Origin: Candidatus Hermodarchaeota archaeon
Lineage (GTDB): Archaea > Asgardarchaeota > Heimdallarchaeia > Hodarchaeales > Hodarchaeaceae
Direction: 5' to 3'
NCBI GenBank assembly: GCA_048886185.1
Contig: JBHLKY010000028.1
Location: 1-32,000 of the forward strand
DNA length: 32,000 nucleotides
In this document: positions 1 through 9,476 of the stretch, piece after piece
Position numbering within the stretch: position 1 is the stretch's first letter
Layout: every line of letters begins with the position of its first letter
The notes under the pieces: model-generated
Told to the model about the DNA's origin: nothing
Databases searched by the model: none
The model's input: only the letters and a program-made list of their open reading frames with translations
Translations under genes and position numbers: made by a program

Positions 1-89
1 TAAGGAAAGCTCTGAGTATTTCATAACTCTTTTCCGTTTTGGAAAATTTACCTAGTCTATCTTATTCATTCTATTTAAACAGAATTATG

Positions 90-2204
90 TTAAAAATCCT
101 TCTGAGTTTTTCTAAACTCTTTGAAAACAACAATTGAGGGAATAGCAATCAATATACTACCTAGGATTAATACAATTGGACCATAGGGGAAAAAATGACC
201 TGTCATTCTATTATAAATAATCAGAGAGCTTTTGATTCCGTCTTCATTCTCAATAACGAGTTCGATAGTTGTTAAACTGGACGGAAGATTATTCAGTGAA
301 ATTTCTATAACCTTTGATTGCCATTGAGGTAGAAATTCAAAAGATTTCTGATAAAATTCTTCACTATCTAAGATTATTTTTATTGTCCCTAATGAAGTGA
401 ATTCTTGTTTAAAGGTATTCCAAGTTGAAAGATTGATCCATAAAGTTCCCTCAGCTAAATTAAGAAGTTTCTCATGGATAGTAATTAATGGTTCCTCATA
501 AAATCTTTCTACTCGCTGAACCCAATAATAGGAATTATTTTTTCCAGGAATTTGTAATTCCCAAGCAATAGTACCATTCTTCGTTACTTCAGTTATAATT
601 ACTGGATCACGTAGGTTGAGAACCAGGCCTTTATCACCAAAAGTACCAAGTGTATTTCCATTCGGTAATCTATCTGCATCTCCGCCTGATTCAGGGAAAT
701 AATAAGATTCATTTTGTGGTACCCATGACCATGTTTCCTTCATTATTTGATTTTCCTCATCTATTTCAAATTCCAATAGCCTCGAATAACCAGAAGAGTT
801 TTCTATTGTCATCGTGGAGGGATTAGATCTATTAAATAGATCGTTATCATAAATAATGAAGCTATTCGAGTCTAACCGCTCTAAACCATGGGGATGCCAG
901 AAAAGAGTATCTACCTCTGCACCAGATTCATCAAGTAATAAAAATTCCCCACCACGTCCAGCGTCCCAGATTACTTCACCTGTAGTGTAATTAATCTTTA
1001 AAATTGTATCTAAATTACGAACATTCAGATATATTACGTCTTGGGTTTTATCCCATACAAAACTGTTAGAATGCATCCAATCGGCTCCCCCACGGAATGT
1101 CTCGTTTATACCTAAGCTATTGTGACGTGTAGCATTAAACGGGAAATGAATTCGGGGATCCCATTGCCATACTTCTTCGCCTTCTCTGGTATATTCAGTA
1201 AGAAGGTCATAAATTACTCTTTTCCCATCCCATATTTCGTCAGAAAAGATGTATTCCAGCACCATAAAAGTTTCTGAAGAGGGATTATAGTCAAGATCAT
1301 GATGGCCGCACGGTACATCTAATGTTTCAACCTTACCTGTTTTATAGTTCCATAATTCCATAAAACCAGGATCTTGTCCTCCCATCATAATAGTAGTTGA
1401 ATTCATGAATTTATGGACTGAATGTCCAGAATTTCCGAGTTTTGCGATAATTTTCCCTGCATGATTTACAATGAAAACTGTACCTGAACCTATTAATGAC
1501 TTATGTTGCTCCCCAATGTGATCGGGATTAATAGTAACATTTATGCAGGGAAACAGGGTTAAACCCTTGTCGATATAAAGATCTCTATTATCAGAGGTGA
1601 TTTGAAAGGTTGGCCCACCAAATAAAGCTGGAGTATATGTATCCATAACAGTGGCACTAACTACCAATGTGATTTGAGAAACTTTGAGTGCATCATTGAA
1701 TGGACCTTCGTATGTCAAATCACCTTTCAGAAATGCTGATAATGGAGTTTCAATTTGTTTCAGTATATCTTTGAAGGTTTTGAAATTTAATCTGATAACT
1801 AAACCATAGTTCAGGGGAGGGGTTGGTCCAACTTCAACAACCGCTGTATCTTTACTAATTATCCACCACATGTTATAGGTAGAGTTTTCAATATCAAAAA
1901 GGACTGTTTGTTCCCAATTTTTAGCTAATGCTATGATATCTGGGCAATTATCAGCCATCCAATTACTAAAATCAAGGAATCCTTGTTTGTCTTCCTCCAA
2001 TGAAAACGTATCATTTTCTAATTTTTCTCTAATGTCATTTCTAGTGAGAATAATGTACTCTGGGGCCTCATCTAAGTTGAATGGTTTAGCTCTTTCCCCC
2101 ATCTTCATTACATTCGAGATCAGCAGAATCACTGGAATACTAGCAATAATTACAACAATACTGAGGATCAGGAGGATTTTTACAGATTTTCGCATGGATT
2201 CCAC
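90..2204 (-). CDS. Membrane-anchored SCP2 (sterol carrier-like) domain + arylsulfate sulfotransferase (ASST)-like beta-propeller fusion
   Basis: N-terminal TM (ILLILSIVVIIASIPVILLI). SCP2-like segment at about aa 70-182 (TVLFDI..WWII..LVIRLNFKTFKDIL..PLSAFLKGDLTYEG..ALK). ASST motifs GHHDL, DWMHSNS, NVRN, WHPHG, YDND, GDADRLPNGNTL. C-terminal TM followed by basic tail KEFRKTQK. Start is GTG 2204 or ATG 2195. Confidence 0.8.
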   Translation of the reverse strand: MESMRKSVKILLILSIVVIIASIPVILLISNVMKMGERAKPFNLDEAPEYIILTRNDIREKLENDTFSLEEDKQGFLDFSNWMADNCPDIIALAKNWEQTVLFDIENSTYNMWWIISKDTAVVEVGPTPPLNYGLVIRLNFKTFKDILKQIETPLSAFLKGDLTYEGPFNDALKVSQITLVVSATVMDTYTPALFGGPTFQITSDNRDLYIDKGLTLFPCINVTINPDHIGEQHKSLIGSGTVFIVNHAGKIIAKLGNSGHSVHKFMNSTTIMMGGQDPGFMELWNYKTGKVETLDVPCGHHDLDYNPSSETFMVLEYIFSDEIWDGKRVIYDLLTEYTREGEEVWQWDPRIHFPFNATRHNSLGINETFRGGADWMHSNSFVWDKTQDVIYLNVRNLDTILKINYTTGEVIWDAGRGGEFLLLDESGAEVDTLFWHPHGLERLDSNSFIIYDNDLFNRSNPSTMTIENSSGYSRLLEFEIDEENQIMKETWSWVPQNESYYFPESGGDADRLPNGNTLGTFGDKGLVLNLRDPVIITEVTKNGTIAWELQIPGKNNSYYWVQRVERFYEEPLITIHEKLLNLAEGTLWINLSTWNTFKQEFTSLGTIKIILDSEEFYQKSFEFLPQWQSKVIEISLNNLPSSLTTIELVIENEDGIKSSLIIYNRMTGHFFPYGPIVLILGSILIAIPSIVVFKEFRKTQKDF

Positions 2205-2317
2205 ACATTAGGAGATATAATAAAAACGTTTTGTTATATTAGTGGACTAATATCTTCAATATACAGTCAGTTCTTGAGTAACTTCATTCTATATTTAGTA
2301 CAGGAAGTATAGAGCTA

Positions 2318-3496
2318 TTAAAGAGTGTAATGATACTTCTTGGCGACTTTGCTGGTGATTCGAATTATGTCATCTTGTTCTTTTTCTGTGAATCTTGTTT
2401 TATAATAAGTAGGCCTACTTAATCGTTTACAATAATATTCTTTTACTCTGTCAAATTTCTTAGGATCCACTTCTATATGATCGATGATTTTATCAATCGT
2501 TGAATTTGATTTCTCGCAAAGGTCTTCATATCGAATCACAAGTGATGCCTTAGCTAAATTTAAATTAGATCGTAATTTTTCATGAATGTAGTTATACACC
2601 TCTGCCCAATAAATAGCCCAACCTTCGATATATGTGTCTTTCCGAAACCATGCCTGCCGAATTCTTTGGATCATTTCATGATTATCTAAATTCACACAAA
2701 CTCGAGCCGAACCAAACTCTCTATGCCCAATTATTTTAGTCCAATCAAGAAGTTTTGGGTCGTTATGTTCTAATTCTTTAAGAATGCCATCTTGTTTGGT
2801 TAATGAGGCAATATGATCGAAAGGATTGCGTACAACGATGAGAAATTTTACATCTGGAAACAATTTCTGTAAATATTCCATTCGGGCGACATTATAGTTG
2901 TTTTTTGCTAAATAGCGATATGCTTTTTGATTAATCAGTAATTTCTTGATGTGTTGTTGATAGAAGGTCTCGAATTGGATGTTCTTAACGTGAGCATCTA
3001 GTATATTTGAATTAGCTTCGTCGTGAGGATTGTCAAAAAATTTCTGCCAGAAAATTTCCTCAACTGCCTCCGGACTATCACGAGTAACCACTATTCGATC
3101 CTTATGTAATCGCTCGACTGGTGATGTCATCATGGGTGTTAAATCTGCAACTTTTTGGGTCCAATGGGGCGTATAAGGAAGAACCATATGCAAGTACCTA
3201 TGTGTTACTATCTCAGGATGCTTACTAAGCATTTCAAGGGTAATTGTTGTTCCTGCTCGAGCTAGTCCTGTGATATAAATCGGACGATCAATAAAAGTCT
3301 GTTCTAGAGCGTGTTTTAATTGAAATGATTCGATAGTATGAACCATGCTCGCGAGGAAAGGAAATTCATGAAAAAACTTAACTATAAAATACATTGGCAC
3401 AGGAAAATCGAATTCTTTGTATTTCTTTGTTTTCGTTTGTTTAATTTTAATCAATGCATTTTCCACAGTTTTTCTGGTTCTTGCTGTTAATTTCAA
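2318..3496 (-). CDS. PAPS-dependent sulfotransferase (P-loop sulfotransferase family)
   Basis: 5'-PSB loop IYITGLARAGTT; 3'-PB motif IVVRNPFDHIAS; LAKN and IRYEDL motifs. TTG start is uncertain. Confidence 0.88.
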   Translation of the reverse strand: MKLTARTRKTVENALIKIKQTKTKKYKEFDFPVPMYFIVKFFHEFPFLASMVHTIESFQLKHALEQTFIDRPIYITGLARAGTTITLEMLSKHPEIVTHRYLHMVLPYTPHWTQKVADLTPMMTSPVERLHKDRIVVTRDSPEAVEEIFWQKFFDNPHDEANSNILDAHVKNIQFETFYQQHIKKLLINQKAYRYLAKNNYNVARMEYLQKLFPDVKFLIVVRNPFDHIASLTKQDGILKELEHNDPKLLDWTKIIGHREFGSARVCVNLDNHEMIQRIRQAWFRKDTYIEGWAIYWAEVYNYIHEKLRSNLNLAKASLVIRYEDLCEKSNSTIDKIIDHIEVDPKKFDRVKEYYCKRLSRPTYYKTRFTEKEQDDIIRITSKVAKKYHYTL

Positions 3497-3731
3497 GTCT
3501 ATATGATTCTACATTGATATGATAATAATTATTTAAATGTGTGATGCTAAAATCTGGAGCCATAGCTAATAGAAAGTGAATTTCCTGCTCATATAATTGA
3601 TCTTTAAAGGAATTTTAATAGTAATCTTTGTGAGAAGTATCGAAGGTGAAAAGATTAGAATATATCTTGAGTAATTATAAATGGACTTTAATTCCATTTT
3701 TGTAAAAATTATCTTAAGGATTGTACGAAAT

Positions 3732-5636
3732 GTGACATCTAATAGCTCCAAAAAGGAATCTAAAGGAAGAACATTTAAATTTCAAGCTGAAATCCAACGA
3801 GTTTTGGACATTCTGATAAATCGGTTATATAAAGATCGTGAAATATTCTTACGCGAACTACTATCAAATTCTGCTGATGCTCTCCATAGAATGCGAATCG
3901 TTCAGCTCGAAACTAAAGATCCTATCATTGATCCAGAAATTGAACTTGGAATAAAGATTACCTTTGATGAAGATGAAAACACTCTCACAGTTACCGATAC
4001 TGGAATTGGGATGACTTACCAAGAAATCAAAACAAATCTTGGAACAATTGCTCAAAGTGGTACTTTAGAATTTCTAAAACAGATAGAAGAATCTCCTGAT
4101 GCAATTCATTTGATTGGTCAGTTTGGTGTTGGATTTTATAGCTCCTTTATTGTTGCAAATGAAGTGATTGTCCGGTCTCGGTCATATCATACAGATTCGC
4201 GAGGAGTTGAGTGGTCCTCTGATGGATCAGGGAACTTTTCTGTTGCTTATAAAGATAAATCTGAAAGAGGAACGGATGTAATTCTCCATCTCAAAGATGA
4301 TGCGAAGGAATTTGCTAACAGGTTTAAAATTGAATCTATTGTTAAAAAGTACAGTGATTTCATTGGTTTTCCTATCCGAATTGCAAATGATGATCAGATT
4401 GTGAACCGTCAGATCCCTATATGGCATCAATCAGAAGATGAAGTCAATGATGAAGAATACAACGATTTTTATAGACAAGTAAGCTTAGATTGGGTTGAAC
4501 CATATCATCGAATTCAGCTGAGTGTTGATGCACCAATTCAATTTAAAGCGTTGCTTTACTTACCTAAGCAGCGTAATCGAATGATGATGACCTCTATGTA
4601 TCAGGATTATGGTCTTCGATTGTATAGTAAAAAGATCTTAGTCCAAGAGAAAGCAAAAGATCTTTTACCCGAATATCTTAGGTTTATTTTTGGTGTTGTG
4701 GATTCAGAAGATCTCCCTCTTAATGTATCCCGAGAAGTGATCCAAGTTGATCGAACTATTCGACGTATATCAAAAGTGATCACTGGGAAAATACTAGATG
4801 AGCTTGAGAAGGTTGCTGATGAAAATGAGGAAAAATATTTAGAGTGGTGGGAGCAATTTGGTGTTTTCATAAAGGAAGGTATAACTCAGGATGAAAAGCG
4901 ACGAAAAAAGCTTTTAAATCACCTTAGAGTTCGAACATCAAAATCAGAAGATCATCTAGTAACACTTACGAAATATGTCGAGCAAATGCCAGAGGAACAA
5001 GAAGAAATACTCTTCCTCTTAGGTGATAACCTTCAAACACTCAAACACAGCCCACATTTAGAATATTATAAAAAATTGGATCATGAAGTAATTCTTTTCA
5101 CTGAACCAATAGATAATTTTGTAGTTATGCATGTTACTGAATTCCAAGGTAAGAAATTCAAAGCCATTGATCAAGCAGAACCCGAATCGTCTAAAATTAA
5201 AGATGAAGAAGAAGAAGGAACTGAACAGGAGGACGTGGGAGAACCTGAAAAAGATAATTTTTTAATTCGTTTGAAAGAAATATTAGAAGACCGAATCATT
5301 GACATTCGATATACAGATCTCTTAACTGATAGTCCTTGTCGTCTTGTGAATCCTAGTGGAACTACTGCTTTTACTCGAGTGTTAAAGTACATGGATGAAA
5401 ACTATATTCCTCAAAAGAAAATAATGGAAATCAATAAAGATCATATTCTTATAAAACAATTAAAAACTCTCTTTGAAAAAGACTCTGAGTCTCCTCTTCT
5501 TCAGACATATATTACACAATTGCTTGAAAATCAAGAATTAGCGGAAGGAATTTTACAAGATCCAACCAATATGATCAAACGTGTGAATAAGTTATTAGAA
5601 CAGGTATTAGAAGTACAATTAGATTCTAGTAACTAA
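3732..5636 (+). CDS. htpG: Hsp90 family chaperone HtpG
   Basis: FQAE, IFLRELLSNSADA, DTGIGMT, NLGTIAQSG, IGQFGVGFYSSF, LPLNVSRE (catalytic Arg), SPHLE. The ORF opens at 3681; GTG 3732 is preferred because AAGGA lies upstream. Confidence 0.97.
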   Translation: MTSNSSKKESKGRTFKFQAEIQRVLDILINRLYKDREIFLRELLSNSADALHRMRIVQLETKDPIIDPEIELGIKITFDEDENTLTVTDTGIGMTYQEIKTNLGTIAQSGTLEFLKQIEESPDAIHLIGQFGVGFYSSFIVANEVIVRSRSYHTDSRGVEWSSDGSGNFSVAYKDKSERGTDVILHLKDDAKEFANRFKIESIVKKYSDFIGFPIRIANDDQIVNRQIPIWHQSEDEVNDEEYNDFYRQVSLDWVEPYHRIQLSVDAPIQFKALLYLPKQRNRMMMTSMYQDYGLRLYSKKILVQEKAKDLLPEYLRFIFGVVDSEDLPLNVSREVIQVDRTIRRISKVITGKILDELEKVADENEEKYLEWWEQFGVFIKEGITQDEKRRKKLLNHLRVRTSKSEDHLVTLTKYVEQMPEEQEEILFLLGDNLQTLKHSPHLEYYKKLDHEVILFTEPIDNFVVMHVTEFQGKKFKAIDQAEPESSKIKDEEEEGTEQEDVGEPEKDNFLIRLKEILEDRIIDIRYTDLLTDSPCRLVNPSGTTAFTRVLKYMDENYIPQKKIMEINKDHILIKQLKTLFEKDSESPLLQTYITQLLENQELAEGILQDPTNMIKRVNKLLEQVLEVQLDSSN

Positions 5637-5782
5637 TGTGTCAGCAATGTATTAGCAACTGAAGATTTTAGCTTTTAATGAGTGGAGTTATAAATGAAAA
5701 GAAGTAACCAATAGCATATATATTTACTAAGAAAAACTTAATGAAAGACGAAAATTAAAGGAAAAACAAGTTTATTTAGTGG

Positions 5783-6817
5783 ATGCTTATTTATATGTCA
5801 ACGAATGATACATTAAAGGGAGAAGCTTTTACTGATGGATTAATAGTGACTATTTTTGATGATTCTGGGCCTCGAAATATCTATAATTCTTCCCCTTTAA
5901 CTGAAGAAGAAGCTTTCAATCTTGCTATAAAATCATTAACTGCTTTGAGTTCTGATATTCCCAGAATGGGGGAGATTCGTTCTTATGGCCCAATACCAAC
6001 ACCTCGTGATCCTTTTTCCACAATCGGGTTTATTTTGACTTTAAAAGCAGTGGGTTCTACAGACATTCGTATTACTCAGTTTGGGAGAATTGTTGTTTTT
6101 TGGGTTATTACCCGTTCAAGTTCTGCGGTAAAGTATGTCGGAGTCCTAAAACAAATGTTACGGAGAACTATCCGCTCATATAAAATACTGACGGATAGAG
6201 ATCTGCAAGAGAAAGGATTTTTAGCTAAAATTGATGAGAAATTAAAGATTGTTGAGACGGGGGTTGACTCGTATTATTTCTCAGATAGGGAGACATTTGA
6301 ACCATTTTTAGAACTTGCCCTCATTCCTGCAAACGCTCCTATTATGCTGGTTGATAAGCCAAATAAACAGGTAAATGTTTTGGTTCAAGAAAATATTTCA
6401 CCTTCTCTGAAAGTTAATTTACTCCATCATGTTAGGAATTTCACAAGCCAATTACCTAAGGGGTCTCTCTATAAAATTGAAATCATATCAGATACACTGA
6501 TTGTAAAAAGAATTCTATCAAAATCTGGGTTAATATCAGAAGTGGATTCAGGAATTAGATATCGGATTCGTCTCACAGATGAGTTAACTTTTGAAGAGGT
6601 TGATGAATACCTAGATTTTCAATTTAGTCCTAAAAGACAAACATTAACCACACTTATTATCCAATCCCATGAGAAAAAAGCTCCATTAAACCTTGGAGAA
6701 GCAGCAATTCAATCTGGGGTCTGCGAAAGATTAGTTGAAGAGTTCATTGTGAGTTTAATAAGTGCAGGCCTCATAAAAAATGGGAAAATCGAGAATGGTT
6801 ATTTGATTTACAGTTAA
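5783..6817 (+). CDS. uDENN/longin-like N-terminal domain protein with C-terminal winged-helix/PCI-like domain (NPRL2/FLCN-like architecture, inferred)
   Basis: IVTIFDDSGP (F-x-x-x-GP beta-hairpin), helix AFNLAIKSLTAL, YGPIPTP, then strands IGFILTL and IVVFWVI. The C-terminus LGEAAIQSG..VEEFIVSLISAGLIKNGKIENG resembles a winged helix. Alternative start ATG 5795. Confidence 0.5.
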   Translation: MLIYMSTNDTLKGEAFTDGLIVTIFDDSGPRNIYNSSPLTEEEAFNLAIKSLTALSSDIPRMGEIRSYGPIPTPRDPFSTIGFILTLKAVGSTDIRITQFGRIVVFWVITRSSSAVKYVGVLKQMLRRTIRSYKILTDRDLQEKGFLAKIDEKLKIVETGVDSYYFSDRETFEPFLELALIPANAPIMLVDKPNKQVNVLVQENISPSLKVNLLHHVRNFTSQLPKGSLYKIEIISDTLIVKRILSKSGLISEVDSGIRYRIRLTDELTFEEVDEYLDFQFSPKRQTLTTLIIQSHEKKAPLNLGEAAIQSGVCERLVEEFIVSLISAGLIKNGKIENGYLIYS

Positions 6818-6841
6818 TAGAGAATTAGGGAAAATAAATCA

Positions 6842-7747
6842 TTACAATAACTTACTTATTATTTCAGCAAGCTGTTCCATCTTTACAAGCACGTACTGGA
6901 GTGGCGCTATCTTTCGGGCTATCCCTGATAGTAGTAATTCATTTCTAAGTTTTTGAAAAATAAAAATATAGTCATTTGTTTCTAAAGTTGTTTTAAAAGT
7001 TTGATCTGAAGCAAATTCGTCGCTGAGTCTATCATAATTTGTCAGCCAGAGATTTGCAGGAAGGATAATACGATCTGCCATTTCTCCTTCTTCAAATACG
7101 GGGAGTCCCTCCTCAGCTGTGTACACTGCGATTCCTGATAGTTCTGTATGTGTGTGAATAAACTCTTGAATAGCTTCGGACACGGTTTTAGCTCTAGTTG
7201 TTTTTAATATTAATGTTTGAACCATTTCTCCTACTGCTAGGAAAATAGAATTGTCATGAATCGATGTCCCACGATAATGAATGTTAAATACTCCTCCTTC
7301 AGAAACAAAATAATTTTCCATAGTTTGAATTACTTGTTTTTTCATATCTGGTAATAATAGATCAATTTTATGGAAAAGACAAAAAATTTCAGCATCAGGT
7401 GAGTATTCACTTAGTCTTTTGACAGCATGATCAAAATAGAATTTGGAGGTACTGACAGCATCAAAATTACTTACATCTACTACCCAAACCAATATACTCA
7501 CTTCATTAAAGATAAATTCCGCTTGTTCACCAACAAAAACAGAAATGAATGATTCCTGACCTCCACAATCAAAAATTTGGAACGCGCTGTCAATTATATT
7601 TTTGGTGGATCGTGTGTAATTAATTGTCGCCTTATAATCCTTAACATCTTCTACTGATTTTCCTTCAAAGACTATGGAGCGGATACTACTTTTACCACTG
7701 GCCCCAAGTCCCATGAAAAGAACTTTCTGCTTTGCCACCGTGGACAC
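6842..7747 (-). CDS. Rag/Gtr1-family (RagA-like) small GTPase with C-terminal roadblock domain
   Basis: G1 MGLGASGKSS, G2 ATI, G3 DCGGQ, G4 HKID (within SPDAEIFCLFHKIDL), G5 TSIHD, then a roughly 120-aa roadblock-like C-terminus. GTG start with GAGGA RBS. Confidence 0.92.
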   Translation of the reverse strand: MSTVAKQKVLFMGLGASGKSSIRSIVFEGKSVEDVKDYKATINYTRSTKNIIDSAFQIFDCGGQESFISVFVGEQAEFIFNEVSILVWVVDVSNFDAVSTSKFYFDHAVKRLSEYSPDAEIFCLFHKIDLLLPDMKKQVIQTMENYFVSEGGVFNIHYRGTSIHDNSIFLAVGEMVQTLILKTTRAKTVSEAIQEFIHTHTELSGIAVYTAEEGLPVFEEGEMADRIILPANLWLTNYDRLSDEFASDQTFKTTLETNDYIFIFQKLRNELLLSGIARKIAPLQYVLVKMEQLAEIISKLL

Positions 7748-7754
7748 AATATAA

Positions 7755-7759
7755 TCCTC
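7755..7759 (-). promoter_or_regulatory. Shine-Dalgarno site of the Rag-like GTPase gene
   Basis: GAGGA on the minus strand, 7 nt before GTG 7747. Confidence 0.6.
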
Positions 7760-8150
7760 TTAATCCTGAATGTTTTTTGGGTATTTTATTAATAATGAGT
7801 TATTAGAAATTCAGGTTTTAATATATTGTTTTAAGATATATAAAATATCCTCATTATTCTCTCTTCAATCGCATTTAACTTATCGATGTATATAGCAAGC
7901 TTGTAAATTTATTTCTATAGATTTTTTTGTCTTGAAATTTTGATATCTTAAATTCCTTATAATGATAAAACTGTAAGCAAAATAAAAATTACTGACAATA
8001 TCGGAATTCGAATATTGAGTGATTAATTGATTACACAATTTGCCAAACAATTTTACGGATTAATGGCAATTTAGTGAATGGGTTTCTGATACAGAATTAA
8101 CAGTATAACTTAAAGAATATTTAGCTTTTTTTAAGTCATCATAAATCATT

Positions 8151-9467
8151 CTAGTATTCACTTATGATATGTTCAGCCAATCTCTTGGCAAATGCCATGA
8201 GTGTCAACACTAAAGGTCCTCCTAAAGAGCGTGGTAAAATACTTGAGTCACATACATAAAGATTAGGGATCTTTGTCTGAAGATTAGAATCTACTATATC
8301 ACCAATGCTATTTGAACCTCCAGGATGAGCACCACGGATAGTAGACGAAAAAATGTGGTTTGGTTTAGATCCTGCTTCTAATAAAACTTCCTTTGCTAAG
8401 GAGGTACCTTCTTCAAGACGTTTGTAATCTTCATCTGTCAATTTTTTAGTAATATTTATCCCAAATCTTCCTGTTGATATAGAACCATTCTTTTCATCTT
8501 GTATCTTTGACATGATCCCCATTAAGCTATGATAATGTCGAAATTTCAAAACTTTCAAAGGATTACGTTGGTAAAGAAAGGTTATCAAAAATAATCCCCA
8601 TGGATCTACAACTGGGCTTTGCATAATTCCCCTCTCTTCATGATATTTGTATGTCCCAACAGCCATGGGGATATTATGGATAGTTCGATGAGCTTTTTCT
8701 GATGTTACTCCATATGTGAATATTAAAGGGTCCATAAAAAAGTTCCTCCCAGCTTCTTTAATGCCTGACTTTTGTAGTAAAATAGGTGAGTGAATTCCTC
8801 CTCCTGAGACAATAATGTTAACCCCTTTAATTGTGTGTCCTCGCTTAGGTTTTACACCAACAGCCTTTCCTCCCTCAAATATTATTTGGTCTACCTCTTT
8901 TTTCTGGATCTCGAGACCCTGTGTTTTCGCTTCAATGATCAAGTTTCTTGCTGTGAATTTGGCATTTCTTTTACAACCCAACATACAGGCAGAACAGTTA
9001 GGAATGCAGTTCTTTGGATCAATGAATTTTGGTAAACGGATCCATTCCTGATCAAGTTGGTTGCCCGCTTCTAAAAGGTGAAGATTCCCCTGGCCGATCA
9101 AATCATCTGGTAGAATGGTTGTTTGGGTCTCTTTTTCTGCTTCGTCTAATTCTTGCTCGAGATCTATCCCCCAATGAGAGAAGAATTTTCGGGAGGGGCG
9201 AAACGCGGTTCCTGCACTAATCACTGAAGATCCTCCTACTGTAATACCGGATGCAACAAATAAATGCTCCTTCGTATAGCGAAATCCTTTTCGATCAACT
9301 ATTCTCAATGCTGCTACATGATTCCCTAGAAGACGATGATTTCCACCTTTTTCAAGAAGAAGAACATCTTGGCCTGCTTTTGTGAGATCGTGTGCAAGAG
9401 TTGCTCCTGAAATACCTGCTCCCACAATTAAGGTATCATAGACATTAGTCAAGGATTCTTGTCTCAT
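8151..9467 (-). CDS. GMC family FAD oxidoreductase
   Basis: IVGAGISG dinucleotide-binding motif, VGGSSVISAG, CIPNCSACMLGC, VSGGGIHSPILLQKSGI, HPGG, NLYVCDSSILP..PLVLTLMA. Confidence 0.9.
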   Translation of the reverse strand: MRQESLTNVYDTLIVGAGISGATLAHDLTKAGQDVLLLEKGGNHRLLGNHVAALRIVDRKGFRYTKEHLFVASGITVGGSSVISAGTAFRPSRKFFSHWGIDLEQELDEAEKETQTTILPDDLIGQGNLHLLEAGNQLDQEWIRLPKFIDPKNCIPNCSACMLGCKRNAKFTARNLIIEAKTQGLEIQKKEVDQIIFEGGKAVGVKPKRGHTIKGVNIIVSGGGIHSPILLQKSGIKEAGRNFFMDPLIFTYGVTSEKAHRTIHNIPMAVGTYKYHEERGIMQSPVVDPWGLFLITFLYQRNPLKVLKFRHYHSLMGIMSKIQDEKNGSISTGRFGINITKKLTDEDYKRLEEGTSLAKEVLLEAGSKPNHIFSSTIRGAHPGGSNSIGDIVDSNLQTKIPNLYVCDSSILPRSLGGPLVLTLMAFAKRLAEHIISEY

Positions 9468-9476
9468 TCCATTCTT

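Noticed and set aside
1-55. Possible 3' end of a plus-strand gene (..KESSEYFITLFRFGKFT*)
   Set aside because: Too short to distinguish from chance without upstream sequence.
1933-5392. Short ORFs 1933..2211, 3566..3751, 3864..4055, 4227..4430, 4607..4870 and 5171..5392
   Set aside because: They lie wholly or partly antisense to well-supported genes, with Ser/Phe-rich shadow composition and no motifs.
7760-8150. About 400-bp AT-rich gap with protein-like fragments on the minus strand (MIYDDLKKAK.., KLAIYIDKLNAIEERI, NEDILYILKQYIKT)
   Set aside because: The fragments are in different frames and broken by stops. A decayed gene cannot be supported, and no RNA structure was evident.
8815-9220. 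Plus-strand ORFs 8815..9051, 8835..9035 and 9029..9220
   Set aside because: Antisense shadows of the GMC gene.
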